Source: an uncultured Candidatus Saccharibacteria bacterium (GTDB taxonomy: Bacteria; Patescibacteriota; Minisyncoccia; Phycocordibacterales; Zambryskibacteraceae). From it: a stretch of 64,000 nucleotides of DNA. The stretch spans positions 8,276 to 72,275 of the forward strand of contig CAZDXF010000001.1 in NCBI GenBank assembly GCA_964509605.1, read 5' to 3'. Numbering within the stretch: position 1 is the stretch's first letter; every line of letters begins with the position of its first letter. The position numbers and the translations under genes were made by a program. Below are positions 18,418-27,929 of the stretch, piece after piece. The notes under the pieces were generated by a model. It saw only the letters and a program-made list of their open reading frames with translations. It ran no database searches and was not told the origin of the DNA.

Positions 18418-18842
18418 TGAACCCAACACTATTGTTTCTAATCATATTTTTTGTTGGTGCCATAATTTTTCAAAAAATTTTTAAGAAAAATTTTTGCGCC
18501 ATGTGTGTATCAGTTACGCTAACTTGGCTAACACTGTTGGTTTTTTATTTTCCTGCCAAGATAGACGCTTTGATTTTAGGAATTCTTATGGGGGGTAGCG
18601 CCGTCGGTCTTGTATATTATCTTTTTAGATCTAACGGTAGTTTTCAAATTTTTAAATTTCCGTTTCTCATATCACTATTCTGGTTGATTTATATTTTTCT
18701 TGGAGATAGTCAGGGTTGGATTAAGGATTTTGTCATTGTGGCTGGCGTATGGATTTTATTCATAACGATATTTGTGTTTAATAAGAATGAGTATCTAAGA
18801 GATTGGGGACAGAAAATTATAGAATGCTGTAAAAATTGGTAG
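18417..18842 (+). CDS. membrane protein
   Basis: Four TM helices; start overlaps the upstream stop. Confidence 0.35.
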   Translation: MNPTLLFLIIFFVGAIIFQKIFKKNFCAMCVSVTLTWLTLLVFYFPAKIDALILGILMGGSAVGLVYYLFRSNGSFQIFKFPFLISLFWLIYIFLGDSQGWIKDFVIVAGVWILFITIFVFNKNEYLRDWGQKIIECCKNW

Positions 18843-18887
18843 TATTTCAACTACTGCTTATTTTTAATCTGGTTTTTACGGTAAATT

Positions 18888-19178
18888 GTGTATAATTTCT
18901 TTAATATGCAAATTAAAAATGTTAAAAAAATTGCTCTAGGCACATTAGCTTTATTTTTGATTCCTCTCATTGCTATGCAGTTTGTAGATGGAATGGTCTG
19001 GACTCTTTCTGATTTTGTAATAATGGGTTTGCTTATCTTTATGGTCGGCCTTTTACTTGATTGGGCGATGAGAAAAGAAGGTCGAGCTAGAGTTTTTACT
19101 GTGGCGGTGATAATTCTACTTTTCCTTTGGCTGTGGGCAGAGCTTGCTGTGGGTATTTTTACAAATTGGGGTAGTTAA
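18888..19178 (+). CDS. small membrane protein
   Basis: Three hydrophobic helices. Confidence 0.3.
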   Translation: MYNFFNMQIKNVKKIALGTLALFLIPLIAMQFVDGMVWTLSDFVIMGLLIFMVGLLLDWAMRKEGRARVFTVAVIILLFLWLWAELAVGIFTNWGS

Positions 19179-19197
19179 TTTCTAAAGTTTTTTTAAA

Positions 19198-19419
19198 GTG
19201 CATAAATTACCAGAAGATTTTAAAAAAGTTCTTGAATCAAAAAAACAAGCATATCTGACTTGGAGTGATATTACTCCTTTGGCTCGAAATGAGTGGATTT
19301 GCTGGATTATTTCTGCCAAATTGTTAGAAACGAGAAGGCGTAGAATTGAAAGAGCTAAAGAAGATCTTTCAAAAGGTAAACGCAGGCCTTGCTGTTGGGC
19401 GGGATGTCCGCACAGGTAA
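19198..19419 (+). CDS. YdeI/OmpD-associated (OmdA-like) domain protein
   Basis: WICWIISAKLLETRRRRIERAKEDL resembles the YdeI_OmpD C-terminal motif. Confidence 0.45.
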   Translation: MHKLPEDFKKVLESKKQAYLTWSDITPLARNEWICWIISAKLLETRRRRIERAKEDLSKGKRRPCCWAGCPHR

Positions 19420-19495
19420 GAGGTAAGATCGAATTCAGAGGTGGTTTTATTTTGGAATCGTGATTTAATGGGAATATTAGAATAATTTTAAAAAT

Positions 19496-20302
19496 ATGAA
19501 AAAAGTAATCTCTTTGGCTTTGTTATTTATGCTTTTGGCAACAGCAAACGCTGGCGCCGCGGTTTATCTGGAAATAGAAGATATAGAAGGAGAGTCTACA
19601 AATTCGTCTAGTGCAGAAACCACAAACACTCGAACTTCTTCAGAACAAAAAGCCCAGTTTGAACTTCAAAAATCAAATGACAGTTCAGCTGAAACAGAAA
19701 CAGGTACACATTCTGGCGGTGGGGGCGGTGGAGCTGGTAAAGTTCAAATGTCTACAGAAGAAGAAAAGAAAGGAAATGTTGAATATGGTTGGAAAGTGGA
19801 AGAAGGAGAGAAGTTGGAAGGAACAGGCATTGAACCGGATGAAATAGATTTTATGGGTGATAATAGAGGTGGAGAGAAGGGTGGAACTGAAGATATAAAT
19901 ATTGGGGTTGGAGAGCTGTTGAGAACAAATTTGGCAATTCTTTTGAGCGGTGGAAGTGATGATGAAGCAGAAGCGGAAGAAAACAGATCGGAAGTGGCAA
20001 AAATTATTCTAGCCGGTCTTCAGGAAGGTGATAGGCCGATAGAAACACTTTCTTTGAATTTTGAAAAAATTTCTGTGCAATCCAGAGAAAGAGTGAGACT
20101 TTTTGGAATAATTCCGACAAGCGCCAAAGCGACAATTGAAATTGATTCTGAAGCAGAAGTGAAAGTGAAGTTTCCTTGGTGGGCAGTGTTTGCGAGCGGT
20201 AAAAACAGCGAAGAGCTCGGACAAAGCACTCTTGATGCAATTGTAGATGTCTTAAAAGCCCGTCATGATACTGTAAAAAACGCGATAAGTAACGTGAGGT
20301 AG
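19496..20302 (+). CDS. secreted acidic Gly-rich protein
   Basis: Signal peptide, poly-Gly tract, and high Glu content. Confidence 0.4.
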   Translation: MKKVISLALLFMLLATANAGAAVYLEIEDIEGESTNSSSAETTNTRTSSEQKAQFELQKSNDSSAETETGTHSGGGGGGAGKVQMSTEEEKKGNVEYGWKVEEGEKLEGTGIEPDEIDFMGDNRGGEKGGTEDINIGVGELLRTNLAILLSGGSDDEAEAEENRSEVAKIILAGLQEGDRPIETLSLNFEKISVQSRERVRLFGIIPTSAKATIEIDSEAEVKVKFPWWAVFASGKNSEELGQSTLDAIVDVLKARHDTVKNAISNVR

Positions 20303-20316
20303 AAGATACACAAAAA

Positions 20317-20343
20317 AAGAACGGCGACCACCGTTCTTTTTTT
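20317..20343 (+). terminator. rho-independent terminator
   Basis: AAGAACGG-cgacca-CCGTTCTT followed by TTTTT. Confidence 0.75.
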
Positions 20344-20360
20344 GTGTATATAATGTATTT

Positions 20361-20855
20361 ATGCCTAAAAATAAATTAGTTTTTATAATTCTCTTGCTTT
20401 TTGTGGGCGCTGGGGCTTTTGTGATTTTTCCGAAAGACAAAGCGTCAAAAACAAATCTGACACAGGTTGATCTTTACTATTACGATCCTCAAAAAGATAT
20501 TGATGAAAATGGAAATATAAAATGTAGCGCTGATGGTCTAGTGGCGGTGCAGAGAAGTGTTTTGTCAACGGGAGACATAATTTCGGAGACGATAAATTTA
20601 TTGATTTCAGGAGATTTGAGAGAAAGTGAAATGGAAGACGGTATCACAACAGAATTTCCATTAGATGGTTTTTTTCTAACGAAACACCTCATAGAAAATG
20701 GGGTATTAACCTTGGAGTTTTCTGACAATCAAAATAAAACGACTGGTGGCGCTTGCCGAGTGGGGGTGCTTTGGGCACAGATAGAAAAAACTGCCAAGCA
20801 ATTTGCCGAAGTGCGAGAAGTCCGCTTTCTTCCCGAATATCTTTTCCAACCATAA
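20361..20855 (+). CDS. lipoprotein-like protein, possible GerMN-domain
   Basis: Signal/TM N-terminus and a beta-rich body; weak resemblance to GerMN. Confidence 0.3.
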   Translation: MPKNKLVFIILLLFVGAGAFVIFPKDKASKTNLTQVDLYYYDPQKDIDENGNIKCSADGLVAVQRSVLSTGDIISETINLLISGDLRESEMEDGITTEFPLDGFFLTKHLIENGVLTLEFSDNQNKTTGGACRVGVLWAQIEKTAKQFAEVREVRFLPEYLFQP

Positions 20856-20866
20856 CATTCTCATAA

Positions 20867-20896
20867 CATTCCAACATTCTTGAGAATGTTGGAATG
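20867..20896 (+). repeat. palindromic element CATTCCAACATTCT-TG-AGAATGTTGGAATG (repeat family with 46630-46669)
   Basis: Perfect 14-bp arms; lies in a convergent intergenic region. Confidence 0.7.
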
Positions 20897-20931
20897 TCGT
20901 GAGTGAGAGAGATCGTGTGTGGGTTTTTATT

Positions 20932-21486
20932 TTAAAATAAAGTTTTCCCCAGAATTGCTGTAAGGGTGGCGATGCTCAAACTTCCCAATAGAATAGGGAT
21001 AAATATTTTTCTATAACGCACTTTTGCCAAAGCAAGCCCAATCATTAAGATGTCGTTTGGTAACGGTGAAAGACCAACATAAAGAAATACAAAAATACCC
21101 AAAAACCAAGATGGTACTTTTTCTATCGTTCCAAACAGCTTCCACCTAAACGAACCCTCTTCATCTTTCAATATTTTTGCTCCTTGATTTGCGAGAAAGA
21201 AAAAAACACTATCGCTTATAAATATTCCCAGGCCCCCAACGAGACCTAGAAGCAGGGGGTCCGCTCCTCCATTTGCGAAAGTCGCAGTTGTTGCAAAGAA
21301 AGATGTGCCGGTGACGGTGGAGAGTCCGCCTATAACAGCTAGAAGAAAGACAATAATGTATGCGTTTTCCGGACCAATCTTATTTATAATTTCTTGAGGA
21401 GATATGAAAACAAGGGCGGTTGCCCATAGTGCGATAAATGCCAGCGCCCCGACTAGGAGATAGTGTTTTTTCAAAGCATTTAACAT
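20932..21486 (-). CDS. DedA/TVP38 (VTT-domain) family membrane protein
   Basis: Glycine-rich re-entrant loop pattern GGLSTVTG...GLVGGLGIF typical of the VTT domain. Confidence 0.5.
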   Translation of the reverse strand: MLNALKKHYLLVGALAFIALWATALVFISPQEIINKIGPENAYIIVFLLAVIGGLSTVTGTSFFATTATFANGGADPLLLGLVGGLGIFISDSVFFFLANQGAKILKDEEGSFRWKLFGTIEKVPSWFLGIFVFLYVGLSPLPNDILMIGLALAKVRYRKIFIPILLGSLSIATLTAILGKTLF

Positions 21487-21713
21487 TTTTTAATTTTCCC
21501 ACATTACTTATCTTTTGTCCTGATATTAGTAAATCGTTGGGCCGAGATTTCTATAGAATGTCAGGAGAGTTTTTTATTTGACAACAATTGTATTTGTTGC
21601 TATTGTGATAGTAAGAGTAATCTCAATTGTTTTCGTTTTAGAATAAAATTTTATCAATCTTGAAACGGAAAGGGATTTTGTCCCAAGCAGATTAGAGAAT
21701 CTCTAATTTCCGT

Positions 21714-23006
21714 ATGCATAAATCATCAAATTCAAGAGGCCGTTCAAACGGTCCTCGCAAGTCTTTTTCTAGTAGCCGACGACCTTCGTCTCGGTTTGGT
21801 TCTGGCGGTCGAAGTTCACACTCACTGTCTCGTGGTGGCCGTTCTCAGGGCTCACGACGCTTTGGTGGAAATACTCGTGGAGGTGGGCGCCGATTTGGTC
21901 AAACACTAGATGTCAGTATGTTTATAAATAAAGCTGTTGTCGTGGAAGAAACAGAGCAGAGATTTTTGCCAGAGCATTCTTTTTCAGATTTTGATATATC
22001 TGAAAATTTGAAAAAAAATATTATAAAAAAAGGGTATATTGCGCCCACTCCGATTCAAGATAGAGCGATACCTCACATCCTTCACGGTAAAGATATTGTT
22101 GGAATTGCGAACACTGGGACGGGTAAAACTGCGGCTTTTCTTATTCCGCTTATAGATAAAATATTAAAGAAACCAAAAGAGAAAATAATCGTCGTTGTTC
22201 CTACCAGAGAATTGGCTTTGCAGATTGATCAGGAACTTAAGGGGTTTGTTGTAGGTATGGGAATATTTTCTGTTGTCTGTGTCGGTGGGACAAGTATCGT
22301 TCCTCAACTAAGAGACCTTCGTAAATTTAATCAATTTGTAATTGGAACTCCTGGAAGATTGAAAGACTTGATAGAAAGGAAGGCCCTGTCTCTCTCAGAT
22401 GTTGGTACCGTTGTCTTGGATGAGGCAGACAGAATGCTTGATATGGGTTTCATAGGAGATATGAAGTATCTTATGAGTAAGATGCCCCCCTTGAGACACA
22501 CTTTGTTTTTTTCAGCAACAATGTCTAAAGAAATAGAAAGGCTCATAGGGGAATTTTTGAGAGAGCCGGTATCTATTTCTGTAAAAACTAGAGATACATC
22601 AAAAAATGTAGATCAAGATATAGTAAGAATGAAGCCCGGCCAGGATAAGATTGCTGCTTTGCAAGAGTTAATTGTTCAGGAAGGGTTTCAAAAAGTTTTG
22701 ATTTTTGGAAGGACGAAACATGGAGTCTCTAGATTGGCCAAGGAGCTTTTTAAAAGAGGGTTTAAGGTTGAATCTATTCATGGTAATAAAACTCATGTGC
22801 AAAGACAGAGGGCTCTAAGCGCTTTTAAGACAGGTCAAGTTCAGATTTTGGTTGCAACCGATGTTGCTGCTAGAGGGCTGGATATTCCAAATGTGAGTCA
22901 TGTTATAAACTTTGATGTGCCAGCGACTTACGAAGATTATATTCATCGTATTGGAAGAACAGGAAGGGCAGAAGCGACTGGCAAAGCTCTGACTTTTGTT
23001 GGATAA
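21714..23006 (+). CDS. DEAD-box ATP-dependent RNA helicase with RGS-rich N-terminus
   Basis: PTPIQ, AxTGTGKT, DEAD, SAT, HRIGRTGR. Confidence 0.9.
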   Translation: MHKSSNSRGRSNGPRKSFSSSRRPSSRFGSGGRSSHSLSRGGRSQGSRRFGGNTRGGGRRFGQTLDVSMFINKAVVVEETEQRFLPEHSFSDFDISENLKKNIIKKGYIAPTPIQDRAIPHILHGKDIVGIANTGTGKTAAFLIPLIDKILKKPKEKIIVVVPTRELALQIDQELKGFVVGMGIFSVVCVGGTSIVPQLRDLRKFNQFVIGTPGRLKDLIERKALSLSDVGTVVLDEADRMLDMGFIGDMKYLMSKMPPLRHTLFFSATMSKEIERLIGEFLREPVSISVKTRDTSKNVDQDIVRMKPGQDKIAALQELIVQEGFQKVLIFGRTKHGVSRLAKELFKRGFKVESIHGNKTHVQRQRALSAFKTGQVQILVATDVAARGLDIPNVSHVINFDVPATYEDYIHRIGRTGRAEATGKALTFVG

Positions 23007-23056
23007 ATCTACTGATCCGTTTTTTATTTATGATTTTTAATATATAGTTATTTAAT

Positions 23057-23167
23057 ATGGCAAAAAGAATGGCAGTGAATACGAAAAATAAAACTTCGCG
23101 TTCACGAAAAACAAAAAAGAGACTCGCTATAAAAAAAGAGAGACTCGCGAAAAAGAAAAAGAGGTAG
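23057..23167 (+). CDS. small highly basic 36-aa ORF (ribosomal-protein-like?)
   Basis: MAKRMAVNTKNKTSRSRKTKKRLAIKKERLAKKKKR. Not in the ORF track because it is under 60 aa. Confidence 0.25.
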   Translation: MAKRMAVNTKNKTSRSRKTKKRLAIKKERLAKKKKR

Positions 23168-23198
23168 ACTAAACCTCAAATCCTGATAAAATCAGCTC

Positions 23199-23657
23199 AT
23201 GGATAGGAAACTATTGTGGGCTTTTTTGGTTTTGATTTCGGTGGTGGCCGGCTTTTTTCTGCTGAACAGCTATATATACAATGAAAAACAAGCAGATGGC
23301 GCGGAGACATTACAAGAAAGACTCATTTCAAAAAAGTGGATTTGGCAGAAAACTCTTTTAAATGACGGAAGCGAAATAGTTCCGCGCAGGGAAGGTGACT
23401 TTACTTTGATATTTCACGCACTAGACGGACTTTTTTCTGGTAGCACGGATTGTAATAGTTTTAGCGGGGAATTCGTTTTAAGTGAAGACGGAAGAGCAAA
23501 CTTTGGATCTATGATTTCAACTCTTATGTATTGTGAGGGTTCTCAAGAGCAGGAATTTCTTTCTTTTTTGAGCAATACAGACAGTCTTTTTATCACTTCG
23601 GACGGGCAACTCATTTTGAGTTTAAAGTTTGATAGCGGTTCTGTGATTTTTAGGTAA
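23199..23657 (+). CDS. META/HslJ-domain protein
   Basis: CNSFSGEF...MISTLMYC pattern of META domains. Confidence 0.5.
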   Translation: MDRKLLWAFLVLISVVAGFFLLNSYIYNEKQADGAETLQERLISKKWIWQKTLLNDGSEIVPRREGDFTLIFHALDGLFSGSTDCNSFSGEFVLSEDGRANFGSMISTLMYCEGSQEQEFLSFLSNTDSLFITSDGQLILSLKFDSGSVIFR

Positions 23658-23674
23658 TAAATAAAATAAATTTT

Positions 23675-23911
23675 ATGAAAACAAAAAGATTGTATAGAAG
23701 TGAAGAAAATAAAGTTTTTGCTGGGATATTTGGTGGACTGGGGGAGTATTTTGCAGTTGATCCTGTGCTTTTGAGGTTTTTCTGGGTTTTGATAGTTGTT
23801 TTTACTGGTTTTGCGCCCGGTGTTTTGGCTTATATTCTTCTAATTTTCATAATTCCCAAGAAAAGAGATATCCATATAGAAAGGGTAGAAAAAGGCTCAA
23901 CAGAGGGTTAA
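23675..23911 (+). CDS. PspC-domain protein
   Basis: LYRSEENKVFAGIFGGLGEYFAVDPVLLRFFWVL. Confidence 0.65.
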   Translation: MKTKRLYRSEENKVFAGIFGGLGEYFAVDPVLLRFFWVLIVVFTGFAPGVLAYILLIFIIPKKRDIHIERVEKGSTEG

Positions 23912-23930
23912 AAATACGACACAATAATAC

Positions 23931-23960
23931 TTGACAAAATGCCAAGTATTATGATATAAT
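23931..23960 (+). promoter_or_regulatory. near-consensus sigma70 promoter TTGACA-18-TATAAT
   Basis: TTGACA at 23931-23936 and TATAAT at 23955-23960, upstream of the GC-rich mini-ORF. Confidence 0.5.
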
Positions 23961-24025
23961 ATACACAGTACAGTTAAGCACACTCCGGTGTTTAACTGAG
24001 TTCCAACTCAAGGGGGAGGTGTACC

Positions 24026-24130
24026 ATGACCGCAGTCACGGTGAACGGCCAGCTGGTCCTGGTGTCGAGTGGCGCCTCGGTGGTCCAGGCCATGCTCCAG
24101 GCGGCCGAGGAGCGGGAGGCGGGGCGCTGA
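24026..24130 (+). CDS. GC-rich 34-aa ORF resembling the N-terminal half of ThiS/MoaD (possibly a gene fragment)
   Basis: SD GGGGGAGG 6 nt upstream. MTAVTVNGQLVLVSSGASVVQAML resembles the ThiS start (M-x-I-T-V-N-G-E). About 70% GC. Confidence 0.35.
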   Translation: MTAVTVNGQLVLVSSGASVVQAMLQAAEEREAGR

Positions 24131-24152
24131 CTCTCTAGCGCTCCACCTCAAA

Positions 24153-24195
24153 GGGCGAGTCAATCCGGAAGGAAAGACTCGCCCTTTATCATTTA
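24153..24195 (+). terminator. GC hairpin terminator
   Basis: GGGCGAGTC...GACTCGCCC followed by TTTATCATTTAT. Confidence 0.55.
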
Positions 24196-24267
24196 TGGGG
24201 ATTTACAAAAAGCTATGTATTTGATATAAAATACCGGTATAGCCAAGTATTAGAAATATAAAAAACA

Positions 24268-24522
24268 ATGCCAAAATCAAATTCAGCATTTATGAAGCCG
24301 CTCAATGTGAGCGCAGAGCTCTCAGCTGTAGTAGGATCGGGCCCAATGCCTCGTTCCGAAGTGGTTAAAAAGCTTTGGGATTATATAAAAAAGAATAATC
24401 TTCAGGATTCTTCAAATAAGAGAAACATCAATGCAGATGAAAATCTTAAGAAGGTATTCGGAGGAAAAAGTCAGGTGAATATGTTTGAAATGACAAAACT
24501 CGTTTCAAAACACCTCTCCTAA
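24268..24522 (+). CDS. SWIB/MDM2-domain protein
   Basis: RSEVVKKLWDYIKKNNLQD...KKVFGGKSQVNMFEMTKLVSKHL. Confidence 0.8.
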   Translation: MPKSNSAFMKPLNVSAELSAVVGSGPMPRSEVVKKLWDYIKKNNLQDSSNKRNINADENLKKVFGGKSQVNMFEMTKLVSKHLS

Positions 24523-24533
24523 TTCCAACAAAG

Positions 24534-24570
24534 AAAACACTCCTCGTCTAAACGGGGAGTGTTTTCTTAT
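24534..24570 (+). terminator. rho-independent terminator
   Basis: AAAACACTCC-loop-GGAGTGTTTT followed by CTTAT. Confidence 0.7.
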
Positions 24571-24584
24571 AGTAAAATTATTAA

Positions 24585-25094
24585 ATGCGAAAAAGGAAAA
24601 TCACGGTTAATGACAAAATGCAGGAAGATTATGTATACGAACTCTCTGCTCCAATGGGCAAAAATTTCCATAGAGACTTTAAACCAGAACTGACTCCTAA
24701 AGAAATGCTTTCTCTGGGAGTTTTTGGTGGAAAGTATATGACAGATTGTCAGAATGAATTTCCGAAAGACTGGTTTGAAAAAGCTAAACTTTCACCAGAA
24801 AAAAAAGATAGAAACCTCAACTTTTTTAAAGTAAATGCCAGTCAACCTCTCTCTGTTTGGAAAAAGAATGGCTGGATTCATAAAGACGATCCCAGAGGAT
24901 GGTTCCAGTGGTATTGCAGGTATTATTTTGGTAGAAGAACCCCCGTTGAAGATGAACGACAGATTAGTAGGTGGATTGCTATGAGGCGCCATATTTCCCA
25001 GCTTATGAAAAACTGCAGAAAGGGGGATTTTTCTTGTCAGCCAAGAAGGCGACAGGCGCTCCTTCATTGGGCGTACGACAGCAGAAAGATGTGA
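24585..25094 (+). CDS. conserved hypothetical protein (Trp-rich)
   Basis: GVFGGKYMTD...GWFQWYCRYYFGRR. No confident family assignment. Confidence 0.3.
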   Translation: MRKRKITVNDKMQEDYVYELSAPMGKNFHRDFKPELTPKEMLSLGVFGGKYMTDCQNEFPKDWFEKAKLSPEKKDRNLNFFKVNASQPLSVWKKNGWIHKDDPRGWFQWYCRYYFGRRTPVEDERQISRWIAMRRHISQLMKNCRKGDFSCQPRRRQALLHWAYDSRKM

Positions 25095-25130
25095 TACAAT
25101 TTTATCTAATTAGAAATTTAAATTAAAAAC

Positions 25131-25490
25131 ATGAACCCACAAGAACAAAATAATACTGGTGCGGGAAGTCAGGCAAATGGCTCCAAAGAACAAAACACAA
25201 CAATGGCTGTCATTGCCTATATAATTTTCTTTGTGCCTCTTTTTACAGACGCAAAAAATGATTCCTTTGTTAAGTACCATGTGCATCAGGGATTTGTCCT
25301 TTTCTTGAGCTTTTTAGCAGTATCTATACTAAGTCGTCTTCTTATGATGACCTTTATGATATGGCCAATAATCTCTCTATTGAACATTGGATTATTTATT
25401 CTTTTAGTTATAGGTATTCTCAATGCCGTTGGTGGAAAGCAAAAACCTCTTCCTCTGATTGGACAATTTGCAAGCAAGTTCAAGTTTTAA
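25131..25490 (+). CDS. DUF4870-like membrane protein
   Basis: AYIIFFVPLF...KYHVHQGFVLFL. Confidence 0.4.
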   Translation: MNPQEQNNTGAGSQANGSKEQNTTMAVIAYIIFFVPLFTDAKNDSFVKYHVHQGFVLFLSFLAVSILSRLLMMTFMIWPIISLLNIGLFILLVIGILNAVGGKQKPLPLIGQFASKFKF

Positions 25491-25586
25491 ATTATTGAAA
25501 GCGCTCTCTATGAACAAGAGCTTTATGAACACAAGCTTTCTTTTTTTCGTGTTAAAATTTAATAGTAAAAGTAATCTATTAAAAAC

Positions 25587-26003
25587 ATGAAAAAAGTCAT
25601 TTTAGTTTTGCGTTTGGCAATGGGTTGGATATTTTTTTATGCTGGGATATCAAAAATATTAAACCCAGATTGGTCGGCGGCTGGTTATTTGGGTAATGCA
25701 AAATCTTTTCCCGAATTGTTTTCATGGTTTGCTAGTCCAGAAAATATAGGATGGGTAAACTTGCTAAATGAATGGGGACTTACTCTTGTTGGAGTAGCTC
25801 TAATACTTGGAATATTCGTGAAATGGGCATCAATTGCTGGAATCGCTCTTATGGTTCTGTATTATTTGCCAATTTTGGATTTTCCAAAGGCTGGAGCAAA
25901 TGCGTATCTAATTGACGATCATATCGTATATATTTTGGTCTTCTTATTGTTTATAAAAACCGAAGCGGGTAAATATATGGGTCTTGATGCGAGAAGAAGA
26001 TAA
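25587..26003 (+). CDS. DoxX-family membrane protein
   Basis: LRLAMGWIFFYAGISKI, about 4 TM. Confidence 0.55.
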   Translation: MKKVILVLRLAMGWIFFYAGISKILNPDWSAAGYLGNAKSFPELFSWFASPENIGWVNLLNEWGLTLVGVALILGIFVKWASIAGIALMVLYYLPILDFPKAGANAYLIDDHIVYILVFLLFIKTEAGKYMGLDARRR

Positions 26004-26398
26004 TGGAAGCTGGAGAAGCAAAACTAAATGTTTCTGTTGGTGCAAAAGAAATTGTACATATTGAAATTGGAGGCACACTTACAGCTCCAAATTTGTCCAA
26101 ACTGACCGAGTGGACTACAAAGGTACAAGAAACAATTCAAGATCTTTTTCACAAAAATAATAAAAAAGTTTTGTGCCTGGTTGATATTAGCTCGGTAGAA
26201 AAATATGATCCAGAAGTTATCACTAGGTTGGCGCAACTTACTAAAGAAAACGAACCGTATGTGAAAAAGACAGCCACTTTTGGCGGAGGATCTTATTTGG
26301 TAATGGCAGAAGATGTAATCATTGCTTTATCTGGAAGAAAAAATTTGAAAGCTTTTAAAACAAAAGATGAAGCGCTCGATTGGCTTCTTGAAGATTAG
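26003..26398 (+). CDS. STAS-like domain protein
   Basis: About 130 aa with SpoIIAA-like alternation; weak. Confidence 0.3.
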   Translation: MEAGEAKLNVSVGAKEIVHIEIGGTLTAPNLSKLTEWTTKVQETIQDLFHKNNKKVLCLVDISSVEKYDPEVITRLAQLTKENEPYVKKTATFGGGSYLVMAEDVIIALSGRKNLKAFKTKDEALDWLLED

Positions 26399-26407
26399 TA
26401 TTTAAAG

Positions 26408-27784
26408 ATGAAAATTCGTTCCCCGTGGATTGAACAGCTTAATCATGAGCGACATATAACGCGACTTGGCGGAGATCTGGTCACCAATGTTGCTGTGGTT
26501 GGTGCCGGTATTGCCGGTATCGCTACGGCTTTCTTTGTGCTCAAATATACAGACAAGAAAGTTTCTATTTTTGAGGGAGGAAAGCTGGCTCATGGCGCTA
26601 CGGGTCATAATGCCGGACAAATAACAAGCTATTTTGAAAGACCATTTTACGAACTTGTTTCTCAATTTGGTTTGGAAAAAGCAATTCACGCACAAAAATC
26701 AGTAGAGTCTGGTTGGGCTCTTCTGGACGAAATTTGGAATGATGCCGGAATAGACATTCCCATTTCAAGATTTGAGGGTTTTGCTGGAATGGCCAAATTT
26801 TCTAGAGTTCTTTCTCATTTAAAAAACGATTATTATCGTCGTATAGGAGGAATAAAAACGAGTAATACCTTGATATCAGACTCGGTTGATTTTCTTTCTC
26901 TTATTCCAAAAGAATATGAAGATCTTTACGACATCGTTCCACAGAGAGAGATATTGGAAAAGTTAGAAACCCAAGACACTCGCTTTATTGCTTGCTCTAG
27001 ATTACAAAAGGGTGTGATGAACTCGGCTCTTTTTTGCCAAGAAATTGCTGAATTTCTTTTTGAAGAATATGGAGATAGATTTTCTCTTTTTGAACACACT
27101 CATATATCCAAAGTTGTGTTAAAAGACGACCACGCCCTTCTTGACGCTGGAGCTCACACTATTTTTGCTGATAAGGTGGTTCTTTGTACAAACGGATTTG
27201 AAAATATAAAAATATTTAACGATTTTGGGTTGGATATAGATACAAAATTTCACGATCATATTTATGGGTTGGTTGGTTTTATGTCGGGATATGTGGACCC
27301 TTTAAACAAGCTCCCAACCGCTCTTAGTTATATTACAGGAGATACAGGAGAGCTTTTGGATGCAGATTCATATTTTTATCTTACTAGGAGACTTTATGAG
27401 TCTGGTGAAAATAAAAATCAGAACCTCATTTCTGTTGGAGGTCCCGTCTTTAAAATGGATGAAAGCGATATCTATAGTATGGACATAGATTTTCCGGAAG
27501 AAGCGCACAATCAGATAGACGAATTTGTGAAAAAAGTTTATGAAGGCAATCCTTATAAAAAAGTTGATTATCTTTTTCGTTGGCACGGTCTTATGGGGTA
27601 TACAAAGACCGGCCTTCGGCTTATAGGGGAAGAGCCCAAGAATCGAAATCTTTTATACAATCTGGGATGTAACGGAGTTGGGATATTACCATCTCTCTAT
27701 GCTGGAAAAAGAATTAGTCGTATTTTGGCGGGGGAGAGTGTAGAAGAGTCTATATTTGATCCTCGTGAAGATATTGACATGTAA
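26408..27784 (+). CDS. FAD-dependent oxidoreductase (DAO-like)
   Basis: Rossmann motif VAVVGAGIAGIATA and a C-terminal GCNGVGI. Confidence 0.65.
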   Translation: MKIRSPWIEQLNHERHITRLGGDLVTNVAVVGAGIAGIATAFFVLKYTDKKVSIFEGGKLAHGATGHNAGQITSYFERPFYELVSQFGLEKAIHAQKSVESGWALLDEIWNDAGIDIPISRFEGFAGMAKFSRVLSHLKNDYYRRIGGIKTSNTLISDSVDFLSLIPKEYEDLYDIVPQREILEKLETQDTRFIACSRLQKGVMNSALFCQEIAEFLFEEYGDRFSLFEHTHISKVVLKDDHALLDAGAHTIFADKVVLCTNGFENIKIFNDFGLDIDTKFHDHIYGLVGFMSGYVDPLNKLPTALSYITGDTGELLDADSYFYLTRRLYESGENKNQNLISVGGPVFKMDESDIYSMDIDFPEEAHNQIDEFVKKVYEGNPYKKVDYLFRWHGLMGYTKTGLRLIGEEPKNRNLLYNLGCNGVGILPSLYAGKRISRILAGESVEESIFDPREDIDM

Positions 27785-27810
27785 AAATATGGGAGTATTG
27801 TGTTCATAGA

Positions 27811-27929
27811 TTAGCAAATGGCGTGTGCCGTTGGTCAAACTTGTGCATTCACTCCCCCTAGAGTACTGCCAAGAATTTCTCTCGGCCACGCCACCACTTG
27901 GGGTCCGGCTTGTCCGGACCCTGTTTTTT
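27811..27929 (+). promoter_or_regulatory. GC-rich leader ending in a terminator hairpin immediately before the TfoX-like start codon
   Basis: GGGTCCGG-cttgt-CCGGACCC at 27901-27921, then TGTTTTTT, then ATG at 27930. Confidence 0.35.
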
